Origin: Oceanomicrobium sp.
Lineage (GTDB): Bacteria; Pseudomonadota; Alphaproteobacteria; Rhodobacterales; Rhodobacteraceae
Assembly (NCBI GenBank): GCA_031415055.1
Contig: JANOQZ010000043.1
Location: 2,612 to 66,611 of the forward strand
Direction: 5' to 3'
Length of the DNA: 64,000 bases
Made by a program: the position numbers and the translations under genes. Shown here piece after piece: positions 9,361 to 21,553 of this stretch. Position 1 is the first letter of the stretch. Every line of letters starts with the position of its first letter. The notes beneath the pieces were generated by a model. The model searched no databases. It saw only the letters and a program-made list of their open reading frames with translations, and was not told the origin of the DNA.

Positions 9361-10028
9361 ATGAAAATTCCTATTGTGATCAGATAAATGCTGGTCACAA
9401 CAAGGCCCCATCCGGCCAGATTGGGTGTTTGAAAGTCGGCCACTATTGTCCACATGGCAAAGCCACACCAAGCCAACGTGACCGGCAAAGACAGCCAGCG
9501 CAGGCGTTCGGTGCGGATTGGATGGATGAATTTGAGCGAGAAGAACTGTGCAAGTCCTAGGATACAGACAACCGCGATCATCACTGGGGGCGGCGGTAAA
9601 AGAGCAAAGAACACAAGCACGACCATGTTCCAGCAACTGGGAAAGCCCGAAAACGAATTATCCGGCATTTTCATGCGGGTATCGGCGAAATACATCGCGC
9701 TGGTTGAAACGATGATGATGGCCAGAAACCAGCCTTGCCAAGCGGGCATCAGATGCGCCTGCGCCAAGGCATAGGCGGGGATGAAGGCGTAGGTCAAAAA
9801 ATCAACGATCAAATCCAGCAGAATGCCGTCCCAATTGGGGGCATACTTTTTGGTTTTTGTTGCGCGTGCCAATGGCCCGTCGATACCGTCAACAAACAAG
9901 GCCAGTCCCAACCAGATAAACATCCATTTCCAATCCTGGGCAGCGGCGGCCAGCATGGCAAATAGCGCGATTGCTGCGCCCGAGGCGGTTAGGAGGTGGA
10001 CACAAAAGGCAAGGGTCTGTTTTGTCAT
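9330..10028 (-). CDS. pcs: phosphatidylcholine synthase (CDP-alcohol phosphatidyltransferase family)
   Basis: VHLLTASGA..., WLGLALFVDGIDGPLARATKTKKYAPNWDGILLDLIVD (DGx2ARx..Gx3Dx3D), FSGFPSCWNMVV, FIHPIRTERLR. Closely recalls rhizobial Pcs. Confidence 0.88.
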   Translation of the reverse strand: MTKQTLAFCVHLLTASGAAIALFAMLAAAAQDWKWMFIWLGLALFVDGIDGPLARATKTKKYAPNWDGILLDLIVDFLTYAFIPAYALAQAHLMPAWQGWFLAIIIVSTSAMYFADTRMKMPDNSFSGFPSCWNMVVLVFFALLPPPPVMIAVVCILGLAQFFSLKFIHPIRTERLRWLSLPVTLAWCGFAMWTIVADFQTPNLAGWGLVVTSIYLITIGIFIQFWPERTAS

Positions 10029-10160
10029 CGCGCCCTCATACGATGGAATTGCAACAAGGCAAATGTCTTTCTGCCTGTCATGCCGGGCGTCCGCTTTGGG
10101 TTGCGCAGGGCCGGATGCCCTGACAAAGTGCCAGAATCGAAACGTCGCAGTGCATGGAAA

Positions 10161-10493
10161 ATGGTCGGGTTTTTTCGTCGTCATCCCATTCTGGTTTCCT
10201 CGCTTGGGCTGGCAGCCTTGGTGACGGCTTTCTTTGCCATCCGGTTTGTCACCGAGCTGGTCTATTGGTCTGCGCATCGAGACGAACCGGTTCGGGCATG
10301 GATGACCGTGGGTTACATCGGAAGAAGCTGGGATCTGGACCCGCGCGTGATCGATGCTGAAGCCGGCTTGCCCCTGCCGGTGGATCACCCGCTGACATTG
10401 AGCGAGATTGCGCGGCAACGCGGGGTGCCGGTAGGAGAAATAATTGCAGCCGTCGAGGAAACGCTAGCTCGCTTGAAAGTTGATCAACCGTGA
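10161..10493 (+). CDS. hypothetical membrane-anchored protein (start 10161 or 10080)
   Basis: MVGFFRRHPILVSSLGLAALVTAFFAIRF (TM) followed by a soluble tail. Its stop overlaps the GTG start of the DedA gene. Confidence 0.45.
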   Translation: MVGFFRRHPILVSSLGLAALVTAFFAIRFVTELVYWSAHRDEPVRAWMTVGYIGRSWDLDPRVIDAEAGLPLPVDHPLTLSEIARQRGVPVGEIIAAVEETLARLKVDQP

Positions 10494-11083
10494 GCGATTG
10501 GCTTCTCGCCCTCGTTCCGCAATATGGCATGTGGCTGCTAGCAAGTTGCACTTTCTTATCGTGTCTGGCTTTACCCATTCCCGCTTCCATGCTGATGCTG
10601 GCCGCCGGTGGTTTTGTTGCTGCGGGCGATCTGTCGATGTTTAGCTGTGCCGGAGCGGCCCTGCTGGGGGCGGTGGTGGGCGATCAGGTGGGATATTTCG
10701 GTGGGCGTTGGGGCGGTGAAGGCGCTATCGCCAAACTCGGCTCGCGCGCGGCCTTGCTGGCCAAAGCGACAGAATTGCTGGCCAAGAAGGGTGGCGTTGC
10801 CGTATTTTTCTCGCGTTGGTTGGTTTCCGCCTTGGGGCCTTACGTCAACCTTGCTGCAGGGGCCGCAAGCCAGTCGTGGGTGCAATTCACCCTTTGGGGC
10901 GTTGCGGGCGAGGCTGTTTGGGTGGGCCTTTATGTCGGCCTTGGTTATGCGTTCACTGGCAATATTGAAGCTGCATCCTCCATGGCGGTGAACATGTTGG
11001 GCTTTTTGGCAGCGGGCACGGTAGCCCTAGGTTTAGCCGCATGGCTGATCGCGACGCTAAGAGCGGAAAGGGCTAAAGCGTAA
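10490..11083 (+). CDS. DedA-family membrane protein
   Basis: SNARE-associated/DedA pattern ...GDQVGYFGGRWGGE...FFSRWL.... Confidence 0.85.
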   Translation: MSDWLLALVPQYGMWLLASCTFLSCLALPIPASMLMLAAGGFVAAGDLSMFSCAGAALLGAVVGDQVGYFGGRWGGEGAIAKLGSRAALLAKATELLAKKGGVAVFFSRWLVSALGPYVNLAAGAASQSWVQFTLWGVAGEAVWVGLYVGLGYAFTGNIEAASSMAVNMLGFLAAGTVALGLAAWLIATLRAERAKA

Positions 11084-11123
11084 ACTTGGTCAGTCCAACT
11101 TGAGCATTCTTGGTTGTAAGTTT

Positions 11124-11921
11124 CTAACGATTTGCGCCCGATTGCCGCAATTTCCGCTCCAATGCCCGCAGGGCCAACGACAGGCCAATCGTCATCACCA
11201 GATAGACATAGGCGACGATGTTGTAGGTCTCGAAAAAACGAAAATTGCCGGCGGCATAGACTTTGCCCAGTTGGGTGATGTCGGCCACGCCAAGCACAGA
11301 AACCAAAGATGAGTCTTTGATGAGGGCGATGAAATCGTTGCCAAGGGGCGGCAGGATTGTGCGGATTGCTTGGGGAAAGACGATCAGGCGAAAGCGGTGC
11401 CAGCCGGTCAGGCCAAGCGCTTGCGCGGCCTCGATTTGGCCTTTGTCCACTGACAGGATACCGGCGCGGAACACTTCGGCGATGAAGGCGGAATATCCGA
11501 TGGCCAGCGCCAGGATCGCCCGCCACAGAAGTGACAGGTCGCGGGTGCGGATCGGAGCGATGCCCAGCCAATCGGCCAAAGCGTTATAACCGGCGACCAG
11601 AGCCGGAGCACCGACAAAGGCGATGTAGAACAGCAGCACCAGAGTGGGGATGCCGCGGATGATTTCGATATAGAAACGGGCGATTTGGCGCAGGATCAAA
11701 AAGCGTGACAGCGCGGCGATGGCCAGAAGCAGCCCGCTGATCGATGCAATTGCGAATGCCACGATAGTCACAAACGCGGTGATACCGATGCCTCTGGCGA
11801 TGGTGTGGAGGATTTGGGCGTAAAGATCATCAATCAGCACACGCCAAAGCAAATAAGCACCGATGCCAATGGTCAACAGCAGCCAGTATGGGAAGTCGTT
11901 TTGATTTTGGGGATGGTTCAT
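11124..11921 (-). CDS. amino-acid ABC transporter permease (His/Glu/Gln/Arg/opine family)
   Basis: EAAQALGLTGWHRFRLIVFPQA EAA loop. ATG 11921 (MNHPQNQ...). Confidence 0.9.
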   Translation of the reverse strand: MNHPQNQNDFPYWLLLTIGIGAYLLWRVLIDDLYAQILHTIARGIGITAFVTIVAFAIASISGLLLAIAALSRFLILRQIARFYIEIIRGIPTLVLLFYIAFVGAPALVAGYNALADWLGIAPIRTRDLSLLWRAILALAIGYSAFIAEVFRAGILSVDKGQIEAAQALGLTGWHRFRLIVFPQAIRTILPPLGNDFIALIKDSSLVSVLGVADITQLGKVYAAGNFRFFETYNIVAYVYLVMTIGLSLALRALERKLRQSGANR

Positions 11922-11969
11922 GGGGCGAATGCGGCCCCGGATCAAGTCCGGGGCCGCGGATTTACCGGC

Positions 11970-12752
11970 TTAACTGCCGAATTTGTAGTCGAGGAACCAT
12001 TTCTTGTTCAGTGCATCGATGGTGCCGTCTTCTTTCATCGAGGCTATTGCCGCATTGATCGGGGCAACCAGATCGGAGCCTTTGGGGAAGATAAAGCCAA
12101 AATCTTCGCTGCCCATCGCTTCACCGACCAATTTGAGCGCCTCAGGTTCAGCAGCGACATAGCCCGCCCCTGCAGTGCCATCGGTCAGCACGACGTCAAC
12201 GTCACCGGATTTCAGCGCCTGAACGGTAGCGCCAAATGTCTCGAACAGTTTGATGCGCGGATTGGCCTCGTCACCGTCGAGCATGTTGTAGACGGCGACA
12301 TAGAACGGCGTGGTGCCCGCCTGAGCGCCGACCAGACCGTCGGCAAAGGCGCTGAAGCTTGGTCCGTCGGTGAAGCGAGCTTCATCGGCGCGCACCAGCA
12401 TGAACATTTCGGATCGCATGTAGGGATCGGAAAAATCGACCTGGCCTTTGCGTTCGTCGGTGATGGTGATGCCGGTCATGCCCATGTCGTATTGGCCTTC
12501 AGAGACCGACGGGATCATCGCGTCCCAACTGGAATTCTGGATGGCGATGGTGAAGTTCAGTCGTTTGGCAATTTCCACCGTGGCATCATATTCCCAGCCG
12601 ATTGCCGCGCCGCTCGCATCGACAAACTGCAAAGGCGGATAGGCGTTTTCGGTGACGATAACCACTTCACGTCCGCCCAGATCGGGCAGGTCAGCGGCAA
12701 AGGTCGCAGTGGCCATCAGCATGGCTGAGGCGAATGAGGCAAGAATTTTCAT
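11970..12752 (-). CDS. amino-acid ABC transporter substrate-binding protein (family 3)
   Basis: [19 protein letters not shown] signal peptide, ...YPPLQFVD...[12 protein letters not shown].... Confidence 0.9.
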   Translation of the reverse strand: MKILASFASAMLMATATFAADLPDLGGREVVIVTENAYPPLQFVDASGAAIGWEYDATVEIAKRLNFTIAIQNSSWDAMIPSVSEGQYDMGMTGITITDERKGQVDFSDPYMRSEMFMLVRADEARFTDGPSFSAFADGLVGAQAGTTPFYVAVYNMLDGDEANPRIKLFETFGATVQALKSGDVDVVLTDGTAGAGYVAAEPEALKLVGEAMGSEDFGFIFPKGSDLVAPINAAIASMKEDGTIDALNKKWFLDYKFGS

Positions 12753-12817
12753 GGATGAGTCTCCCCTGTTCTCTGGCGGTGACTGTGCCGCAGGCCGGGG
12801 GTGGGCGGCAAGATATT

Positions 12818-13504
12818 TCAGTCGAGTTCGGAAAGGATTGCCCGAACGACGGATTTTGGATCGGCAGCGCCCCAAATCGGGCGGCCAATGACCACATGAT
12901 TGGCCCCGGCTTGAATCGCGTCGCGCGGTGTGGCGACGCGTTTTTGGTCGTTGGCGGCGGTTCCAATGGGGCGCACGCCGGGGGTGACGATCAGTTTGCC
13001 TTTGGCCTCGGCCAAGGCGCGGATCAGCGCCGCCTCCTGCGGTGAGGCAATCACCCCATCTGCGCCGGCGATGAACGCCCGGCGGGCGCGTTCGACAGTG
13101 ATGTCCTGCAGCGAGCCTTCGCGGAACATGGCGTCGTCCAAATCGGAACGGTCCAGCGAGGTGAGGATGGTGACGCCGAGGATCTTGGTCGCTGTCGTGC
13201 CCCGCCCTTTGATAGCTGCGCGTACCACTTGAGGGTCGCCATGCACAGTCAGGAAATCGAGGTTGTATTGCACCAGCCCGCGCACTGCCGCCTCTACCGT
13301 CGCGCCGATGTCGAAAAGTTTCATGTCGAGGAATACGCGCTTGCCTGCGGATTTCAGTTCGTCCGCTAGGGCAAGGCCACCGCCGGTCAGCATGCCGAGG
13401 CCGATTTTGTAGAAGGTCACGTCACCGCCAAAGGTCTCGACCAATCGCAGCGCGTCCAAAGCATTGGGCAAGTCGAGGGCGACGATAAGGCGGTCGTTGG
13501 GCAT
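12818..13504 (-). CDS. pyrF: orotidine-5'-phosphate decarboxylase
   Basis: [13 protein letters not shown]..., [20 protein letters not shown] motifs. Confidence 0.95.
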   Translation of the reverse strand: MPNDRLIVALDLPNALDALRLVETFGGDVTFYKIGLGMLTGGGLALADELKSAGKRVFLDMKLFDIGATVEAAVRGLVQYNLDFLTVHGDPQVVRAAIKGRGTTATKILGVTILTSLDRSDLDDAMFREGSLQDITVERARRAFIAGADGVIASPQEAALIRALAEAKGKLIVTPGVRPIGTAANDQKRVATPRDAIQAGANHVVIGRPIWGAADPKSVVRAILSELD

Positions 13505-13683
13505 GGCGGGTCTCCTGCATTTGCTTTGCCGCGACCGGGGGTGAATTGCAAGGATGCGTGGCGAAGAAGTGAGGTTGCGCCCTTGCCGCAATGTCTTACT
13601 GCCCCCAAATATGGCCAAAGGCTTGCGGATGGAATGTGCCATTTGGACATTCCAAAGGCGAGCGCTGTTGGAGGGATTTGACC

Positions 13684-16263
13684 ATGAACTTTGAAAAGTT
13701 CACCGAACGGGCGCGTGGATTTGTGCAATCTGCACAAATGCTGGCGCAAAGCGAAAACCACCAAAGATTTTTGCCCGAGCATGTGCTGAAAGTACTGTTG
13801 GATGACGACCAAGGTTTGGCGGGAAATTTGATCCGCTCTGCTGGCGGCGATCCGGCCTTGGTTAAGCAGTCGGTTGAATTGGCTTTGGCAAAGCAGCCGA
13901 AAGTCACCGGGCAAGACCAGCTTTACATGGACGGGGCGACGGCGAAAGTATTCGACGAAGCCGAGAAAATGGCCAAAAAAGCGGGCGATTCCTTCGTTCC
14001 GGTGGAGCGTTTGCTGACCGCTTTGGCGGTAACAAAATCAGCAGCGGAAAAGGCGTTGAAGGATGGTGGCGTGACGGCGCAGGCCTTGAACACCGCGATC
14101 AACGACATCCGCAAAGGCCGCACGGCGGATTCGGCCAGTGCCGAGCAGAGTTATGACGCGTTGAAGAAATATGCCCGCGATTTGACCGAGGCCGCGCGCG
14201 AAGGCAAGATCGACCCGATCATCGGGCGCGACGAAGAAATTCGCCGCACCATGCAGGTGCTGACGCGGCGGACCAAGAACAACCCGGTGCTGATTGGTGA
14301 GCCCGGCGTGGGGAAAACAGCAATTGCCGAAGGTCTGGCCCTGCGGATTGTCAACGGCGACGTGCCCGATTCGATTGCCGGTAAACGGCTGATGGCGTTG
14401 GATATGGGCGCGATCATTGCGGGCGCGAAATATCGCGGCGAGTTTGAGGAACGACTGAAGGCTGTATTGGCCGAAGTCACGGCGGCGGCAGGCGAAATCA
14501 TCCTGTTCATCGACGAAATGCATACATTGGTTGGTGCAGGTAAGGCCGACGGGGCGATGGATGCGTCCAACTTGTTGAAACCGGCTTTGGCGCGGGGTGA
14601 ATTGCACTGTATTGGCGCAACCACGCTGGACGAGTATCGCAAGCATGTGGAAAAAGACGCCGCCTTGGCGCGGCGGTTTCAGCCGGTGATGGTCAGCGAG
14701 CCGACAGTTGTCGATACCATCTCGATTCTGCGCGGCATCAAGGAAAAATACGAGCTGCACCACGGTATTCGAATCATGGATTCGGCTTTGGTGGCGGCTG
14801 CAACCCTAAGCCATCGTTACATTACCGACCGGTTTTTGCCCGATAAGGCGATTGATTTGATGGACGAGGCTGCCAGTCGTTTGCGGATGGAAGTGGATTC
14901 CAAGCCGGAAGAACTGGACGCAATCGACCGTGAATTGATGCAAAAGCAGATCGAAGAAGCGGCGTTGGAAAAAGAGAAGGACGCGGCCTCCAAAGACCGT
15001 TTGGTGACTTTGACGCGCGAATTGGCTGAATTAAAACAACGCTCTGCCGAGATGACGGCGCGTTGGCAAGCCGAACGTGACAAACTGGCTGGGGCGCGTG
15101 ACATCAAGGAAGCTTTGGATCACGCTCGCGCAACTTTAGCGCAAGCGCAACGCAACGGCGATTTCGCCAAGGCAGGGGAACTGACCTATGGCGTGATCCC
15201 GGGGCTGGAAAAACGACTTGTCGAAGCCGAGGCTGCGGGATCGGACGTGATGGTTGAAGAAGCGGTAACGCCCGAGCAAATCGCCGGCGTGGTGGAGCGT
15301 TGGACCGGCATTCCGGTCAACCGGATGCTGGAAGGCGAACGGGCGAAATTGCTCCGGATGGAAGCGGAAATTGGCAAACGGGTGATTGGGCAGACCGCTG
15401 CGGTTACCGCTGTGGCCAATGCGGTGCGACGGTCGCGCGCAGGGCTAAGCGACCCCAATCGACCGATGGGATCGTTTCTGTTTCTGGGGCCAACGGGCGT
15501 TGGAAAAACCGAACTGACCAAGGCTTTGGCGGCGTTTTTGTTTGACGATGATCAGGCGATGGTGCGGGTCGACATGTCGGAGTTCATGGAAAAGCATTCG
15601 GTTGCCCGATTGATTGGAGCGCCGCCGGGGTATGTTGGCTATGACGAAGGCGGAATGCTGACCGAAGCGGTGCGGCGCAGGCCGTATCAGGTTGTGTTGT
15701 TTGACGAGGTGGAAAAGGCGCATCCCGATGTATTTAATGTGCTGTTACAGGTACTTGACGATGGTCGCCTGACCGATGGCCAAGGCCGGGTGGTCGATTT
15801 CAAGAACACGCTGATCGTTTTGACGTCGAATCTTGGGTCACAGATTGGCGAAAGTGAAACCGACAAATCGGTGGTTTTAGAAGCCGTTCGGTCACATTTC
15901 CGACCCGAATTTCTCAATCGGTTGGACGAGCAGATCATCTTTGAACGGCTGTCGCGCAGCGATATGGACGCGATTGTCGGCATTCAATTGGGCTTATTGG
16001 AAGGCCGTTTGGAAGGGCGCAAAATCACTTTGGACATTGATGCCTCGGCGCGAAAATGGCTGGCCGATCAAGGCTATGACCCGGTTTATGGGGCGCGGCC
16101 TTTGAAACGGGTGATCCAACGCGAGTTGCAGAACCCTTTGGCGGAATTGCTGCTGTCTGGCGAAGTGCTGGATGGATCGCATGTGCCGGTTTCTGCGAGT
16201 GCCAGTGGTTTGATTGTGGGCGGACATGTGAAAGAAATGCTGCGGCCAAAACTGGTTCATTGA
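13684..16263 (+). CDS. clpB: ATP-dependent chaperone ClpB
   Basis: [18 protein letters not shown]... Two AAA+ modules ([20 protein letters not shown]) with a long coiled-coil middle domain. Confidence 0.97.
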   Translation: MNFEKFTERARGFVQSAQMLAQSENHQRFLPEHVLKVLLDDDQGLAGNLIRSAGGDPALVKQSVELALAKQPKVTGQDQLYMDGATAKVFDEAEKMAKKAGDSFVPVERLLTALAVTKSAAEKALKDGGVTAQALNTAINDIRKGRTADSASAEQSYDALKKYARDLTEAAREGKIDPIIGRDEEIRRTMQVLTRRTKNNPVLIGEPGVGKTAIAEGLALRIVNGDVPDSIAGKRLMALDMGAIIAGAKYRGEFEERLKAVLAEVTAAAGEIILFIDEMHTLVGAGKADGAMDASNLLKPALARGELHCIGATTLDEYRKHVEKDAALARRFQPVMVSEPTVVDTISILRGIKEKYELHHGIRIMDSALVAAATLSHRYITDRFLPDKAIDLMDEAASRLRMEVDSKPEELDAIDRELMQKQIEEAALEKEKDAASKDRLVTLTRELAELKQRSAEMTARWQAERDKLAGARDIKEALDHARATLAQAQRNGDFAKAGELTYGVIPGLEKRLVEAEAAGSDVMVEEAVTPEQIAGVVERWTGIPVNRMLEGERAKLLRMEAEIGKRVIGQTAAVTAVANAVRRSRAGLSDPNRPMGSFLFLGPTGVGKTELTKALAAFLFDDDQAMVRVDMSEFMEKHSVARLIGAPPGYVGYDEGGMLTEAVRRRPYQVVLFDEVEKAHPDVFNVLLQVLDDGRLTDGQGRVVDFKNTLIVLTSNLGSQIGESETDKSVVLEAVRSHFRPEFLNRLDEQIIFERLSRSDMDAIVGIQLGLLEGRLEGRKITLDIDASARKWLADQGYDPVYGARPLKRVIQRELQNPLAELLLSGEVLDGSHVPVSASASGLIVGGHVKEMLRPKLVH

Positions 16264-16366
16264 GGGGAATTGGACCGCTTTTTGGGGCATTTGAACGCGG
16301 TTTTGCGGGGGATTATGGGGGTAAGGCAGGGTTTATGTCGCCTTTGCAATAGCTTGCGTGAGGGGT

Positions 16367-16391
16367 GATGGGTGCAAAGCACCCATCCTAC
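16367..16391. repeat. single REP copy
   Basis: GATGGGTGCAAAGCACCCATCCTAC. The CTA of the CCTAC tail (16388-16390) is the apbC stop codon. Confidence 0.7.
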
Positions 16392-17455
16392 ACCAGTCCT
16401 TTGGCAATCAACCCCCGCGCAACGCCGATGAACGCCTGTGCCTGCGGGCTGTCCGGCTTGGCCGCGACAATCGGCGTGCCGTCGTCACCGGCCAGTCGGA
16501 TTGCCAAATCCAAGGGGATTTCGCCGAGGAAGGGCATGCCTTGTTTGGCGGCCTCCAATGCCGCGCCGCCGTGGCCGAAGATGTGGGCCTCAACGCCGCA
16601 ATTGGGGCAGATGTAGCTGCTCATATTCTCGATCATGCCGATAATCGGCGTGTTCAGTTTGGCGAACATGCTGAGCGCTTTGCGGGCGTCAAGCAGTGCC
16701 ACGTCCTGCGGGGTGGAGACGATGATGGCCCCGGCCAGTTCGGTTTTCTGGCACAATGTCAGTTGCACGTCGCCGGTGCCGGGGGGCAGGTCGACCAGCA
16801 GCACGTCGAGTTCGCCCCACAGCACTTGCCCCATCATCTGCTGCAGCGCCCCCATCAGCATCGGGCCGCGCCAGACGACGGCCTCGTCGTCTTTGGTCAA
16901 CAGGCCCAGTGACATCATGGTGACGCCGTGGGCGATGGGGGCGATCATGTTGGTACCGTCGGGCGATTGCGGGCGACCGGTGACGCCCATCATGCGCGGC
17001 TGGCTGGGGCCGTAGAAATCGGCGTCGAGCAGGCCGGTGCGTTTGCCAAGCGCGGCAAGGGCGACGGCGAGGTTGGAGGCGACGGTGGATTTGCCAACCC
17101 CGCCTTTGCCCGAGGCGATCGCGATGACGGTTTTCACACCTGCGGGTTTGGTTGGCCCGGCTTGCGGGGTGGCGTGGCGACCGATGGTCAGGTTGGGCGG
17201 GGCTTTGGTGGTGTGGGCGGTGAGCAGGGCGGAGACTTTGCTGACGCCGGGCAGCGATTCAACGGCGCGAACGGCGACGGCGCGGACGGGTTCCATCGCC
17301 AAACCATGTTCGCTGGCGACTTCCATGATGAAACGCACCTCGCCGCCCTCGATGGTCAGGGCGCGGACGATTTCGGCGGCGACGATGTCAGTTCCAGAGA
17401 TTGGGTCGGTGATTTTGCCGAGAACGGCAAGGATTTCGTCGCGGGTTACGGGCAT
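16388..17455 (-). CDS. apbC: Fe-S cluster carrier ATPase (Mrp/ApbC/NBP35 family)
   Basis: MPVTRDEILAVLGKI (DUF59-like N-terminus), SGKGGVGKST Walker A, CPNCG. Confidence 0.93.
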   Translation of the reverse strand: MPVTRDEILAVLGKITDPISGTDIVAAEIVRALTIEGGEVRFIMEVASEHGLAMEPVRAVAVRAVESLPGVSKVSALLTAHTTKAPPNLTIGRHATPQAGPTKPAGVKTVIAIASGKGGVGKSTVASNLAVALAALGKRTGLLDADFYGPSQPRMMGVTGRPQSPDGTNMIAPIAHGVTMMSLGLLTKDDEAVVWRGPMLMGALQQMMGQVLWGELDVLLVDLPPGTGDVQLTLCQKTELAGAIIVSTPQDVALLDARKALSMFAKLNTPIIGMIENMSSYICPNCGVEAHIFGHGGAALEAAKQGMPFLGEIPLDLAIRLAGDDGTPIVAAKPDSPQAQAFIGVARGLIAKGLV

Positions 17456-17521
17456 GAGGGTGGGCCTTGGGTGGTGGGATTGGGGCCAGTTTGGGGTAGT
17501 CCTGTCGGATTGAAAAGGCCT

Positions 17522-17573
17522 GTCATTCCCGCGAAGGCGGGAATCCAGTGGCTGACCCCCGCCTTCGCGGGGG
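17522..17573. repeat. twin inverted hairpin element
   Basis: TCCCGCGAAGGCGGGA (17527-17542) and CCCCGCCTTCGCGGGG (17557-17572). The cores CCCGCGAAGGCGGG and CCCGCCTTCGCGGG are reverse complements. Translating the element gives the ...PREGGGQ...RLRGND... type peptides seen in many spurious ORFs. Confidence 0.55.
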
Positions 17574-17592
17574 TGACACGACGTGTGGGTGT

Positions 17593-19095
<1,503 letters not shown>

Positions 19096-19169
19096 TGATC
19101 CCTCCAATTTTGCTGCGATGGTTTTCGCATGTTAAAATCTGTAACTCAATGCTATGATTTGGAGAACTG

Positions 19170-19189
19170 TTATGCAAATTTGTGCATAA
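19170..19189. promoter_or_regulatory. candidate LysR-type operator in the mmsA / LysR divergent region
   Basis: TTATGCA-AATTTG-TGCATAA, a 7-bp inverted repeat. It ends 10 nt before the LysR-gene ATG and lies about 75-95 nt from the mmsA start. Confidence 0.35.
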
Positions 19190-19198
19190 GGAGCGTTA

Positions 19199-20083
19199 AT
19201 GGACTGGAATGATGGCAAGTTGTTTCTAGCGGTGGCGCGGGCCGGGCAGATGTTGGGCGCGGCGCGGACATTGGCGATCAATCAGGCGACGCTGAGCAGG
19301 CGGGTGTCGGCATTGGAAGCGGCTTTGGGCACCAAGTTGTTGATAAGGCGGACAAATGGCTGCGAGCTGACCGATGAAGGGGCGGCGTTCATGGAGACTT
19401 TGGAGCGGGTGGAAACCGAGTTCATCCACGCGCGTTCGACCTTGCAGAGAGCGGATTCCACCGTTTCGGGCACAGTGCGGATCGGAGCGCCCGATGGGTT
19501 TGGCGTGGCGTTTCTGGCATCGCGATTGGGCTTGCTGGCGGAAAGGCACCCGGATTTGGCGATACAACTGGTGCCGGTGCCACGGTCGTTTTCTTTGTCT
19601 CGGCGGGAAGCTGATATTGCCGTGATGGTGGGCCGACCGGAACAGGGGCGGCTGGTGGCGAAAAAGCTGACGGATTATTCGTTGGGGTTGTATGGGGCGA
19701 AGGATTATCTGGCGAAAATGCCGGTGATTTCAGAGGCTTCCGAGCTGGTTAGCCATCGGCTGGTTGGTTATGTTGAGGATTTGATCTACGCCCCGACGCT
19801 GAATTACGCTGGCGAATTCCTGCGCAACTGGCATTCGCAACTGGAGATTTCCTCGGCCATTGGTCAGTTGGAAGCGGTGAAATCAGGGGCGGGAATCGGG
19901 GTTTTGCACGACTATCTGGCGCGGGATTCCGGGCTGGTGGCGGTGCTACCGGAACTGTCGGTGACGCGGTCGTATTGGACCGTCTACCACGAAAGCCTGC
20001 GCGATGTGGCGCGGGTGCAGGTGGTGGTGCGGTTTTTGAGCGAGGTGGTGAAGGAGGGGTCGGCGGGGTTTGTGCGGGGGTAG
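19199..20083 (+). CDS. LysR-family transcriptional regulator (divergent from mmsA)
   Basis: N-terminal HTH ...FLAVARAGQMLGAARTLAINQATLSRRVSALE... plus a LysR substrate domain. Stop TAG 20081-20083 lies inside a REP. Confidence 0.92.
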   Translation: MDWNDGKLFLAVARAGQMLGAARTLAINQATLSRRVSALEAALGTKLLIRRTNGCELTDEGAAFMETLERVETEFIHARSTLQRADSTVSGTVRIGAPDGFGVAFLASRLGLLAERHPDLAIQLVPVPRSFSLSRREADIAVMVGRPEQGRLVAKKLTDYSLGLYGAKDYLAKMPVISEASELVSHRLVGYVEDLIYAPTLNYAGEFLRNWHSQLEISSAIGQLEAVKSGAGIGVLHDYLARDSGLVAVLPELSVTRSYWTVYHESLRDVARVQVVVRFLSEVVKEGSAGFVRG

Positions 20084-20740
20084 GGTGTGTGCTTGCACGC
20101 ACCGGTTGAGGGTGTAAAAAAGTGGTGCGTGCGAGCACGCACCCTACGGATAATTAACGGTTCGGTGCGCATTCTTCGCGTATGTCACACTATATTCGAC
20201 CTAAAATTCCCGGCGCGACGATATTTTTTACACTGACCTTGGCCGAGCGCGGGTCGGACCTTTTGGTGCGCAATATCGATTTGTTGCGTGAAGCCTTTCA
20301 CCGGACTTTGTTGGAGCGGCCTTTCTTTGTGGATGCAATCGTCATTCTGCCCGACCATTTGCATGCGTTGATAACATTGCCCGCGACGGATTCCGACTAT
20401 GCGACGCGATGGCGGACCATCAAAACGCGGTTCTCTCGGGCACTGCCATGCGGACCATTGCGCGAAAGCCACCTTGCGCGAAACGAACGCGGAATTTGGC
20501 AACGCCGTTTTTGGGAACATCACATTCGCGGCGAAGATGATTTTTGCGCTCATGTCGCGTATTGCTGGAACAATCCGGTGAAACATGGGTTCGTTGCGAA
20601 AGCCGCCGATTGGCCGTTTTCGTCGATCCATCGGGATTTGGCGCAAGGATTGGTAACATCGGGATGGGCGTAGGGTGCGTGCTTGCACGCACCTTTTTTT
20701 TACAACCGTTTAAAATGGTGCGTGCGAGCACGCACCCTAC
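20080..20740 (+). mobile_element. RAYT unit: REP doublet - tyrosine transposase gene - REP doublet
   Basis: Left doublet GTAGGGTGTGTGCTTGCACGCACC (20080-20103) / GGTGCGTGCGAGCACGCACCCTAC (20124-20147). Right doublet GTAGGGTGCGTGCTTGCACGCACC (20670-20693) / GGTGCGTGCGAGCACGCACCCTAC (20717-20740). Confidence 0.85.
20182..20673 (+). CDS. REP-associated tyrosine transposase (RAYT, IS200/IS605 TnpA-like HUH enzyme)
   Basis: ILPDHLHALI (HUH motif) and HVAYCWNNPVKHGFV (catalytic Tyr helix). 163 aa, flanked on both sides by inverted REP pairs. Confidence 0.88.
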   Translation: MSHYIRPKIPGATIFFTLTLAERGSDLLVRNIDLLREAFHRTLLERPFFVDAIVILPDHLHALITLPATDSDYATRWRTIKTRFSRALPCGPLRESHLARNERGIWQRRFWEHHIRGEDDFCAHVAYCWNNPVKHGFVAKAADWPFSSIHRDLAQGLVTSGWA

Positions 20741-21549
20741 GCATCCCTTTTCGCAATCCAATCGAAATCGGGGTGGTTCTTGAAGCGCCAATTGCGCAAG
20801 GGTCCGGCCATGACGTTCAAATAATACATCTCGAACCCATAGGGCGTGCCTACCGGATGATGGCCGCGCGGGACCAGAACGACCTCGCCGTTTTTTACGG
20901 CGATGGTTTCGTCGAGCGAGCCATCCTCGGTGAACACCCGCTGGATGCCGTAGCCGGTTTTGGGGTTCAGGCGGTGGTAGTAGGTTTCTTCCAAGTAAGT
21001 CATGTTGGGAAAGTCGTCCTCGTCGTGCCGGTGCGGCGGGTAGGAGGACCAGTTGCCTTGCGGGGTGTAGACTTCGGTCACCAGCAGCGAGTCGGCGACG
21101 TCGAAGTCTTCCATGGCAATCGGGTGGATGTGGCGGGTGTTGGCGCCCTTGCCGCGCGTGACTTTGGTGATGTCATCGGGGGCGATGACGCGGGCGGCAT
21201 GGCCGCTTTTGCCGGGGGCAGAGCAGACGGCGAGGGTGCAATTGGTGGTGGCTTTGACGTGCCAGTCGGAACCGTTGGGCACATAGACGGACCACGGTTT
21301 TTTCGCCTCGAACACGTCCATGCGGTCGCCGAGCACGCCGAGCGAATTGCCATGCACGCTGATTTCGGCCTTGCCTTCGACCAGCACCAGAATGACCTCA
21401 CGGTCGTCGGTCGGCTTGGCGCAATGCTGGTTGACGCCGAGGTGGTACAGATCGAAGCCGACATAGGTCCAATGCGCATTTGCCGGGGTCACATGCAGCA
21501 CCCGGTGGTCGAACTCGGGGGCATGCGGGCGGACCAGAAGTTTGCTCAT
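20737..21549 (-). CDS. iolB: 5-deoxy-glucuronate isomerase
   Basis: Cupin-type IolB pattern, 270 aa, directly downstream of iolD. Stop CTA 20737-20739 lies inside a REP. Confidence 0.88.
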   Translation of the reverse strand: MSKLLVRPHAPEFDHRVLHVTPANAHWTYVGFDLYHLGVNQHCAKPTDDREVILVLVEGKAEISVHGNSLGVLGDRMDVFEAKKPWSVYVPNGSDWHVKATTNCTLAVCSAPGKSGHAARVIAPDDITKVTRGKGANTRHIHPIAMEDFDVADSLLVTEVYTPQGNWSSYPPHRHDEDDFPNMTYLEETYYHRLNPKTGYGIQRVFTEDGSLDETIAVKNGEVVLVPRGHHPVGTPYGFEMYYLNVMAGPLRNWRFKNHPDFDWIAKRDA

Positions 21550-21553
21550 GATG

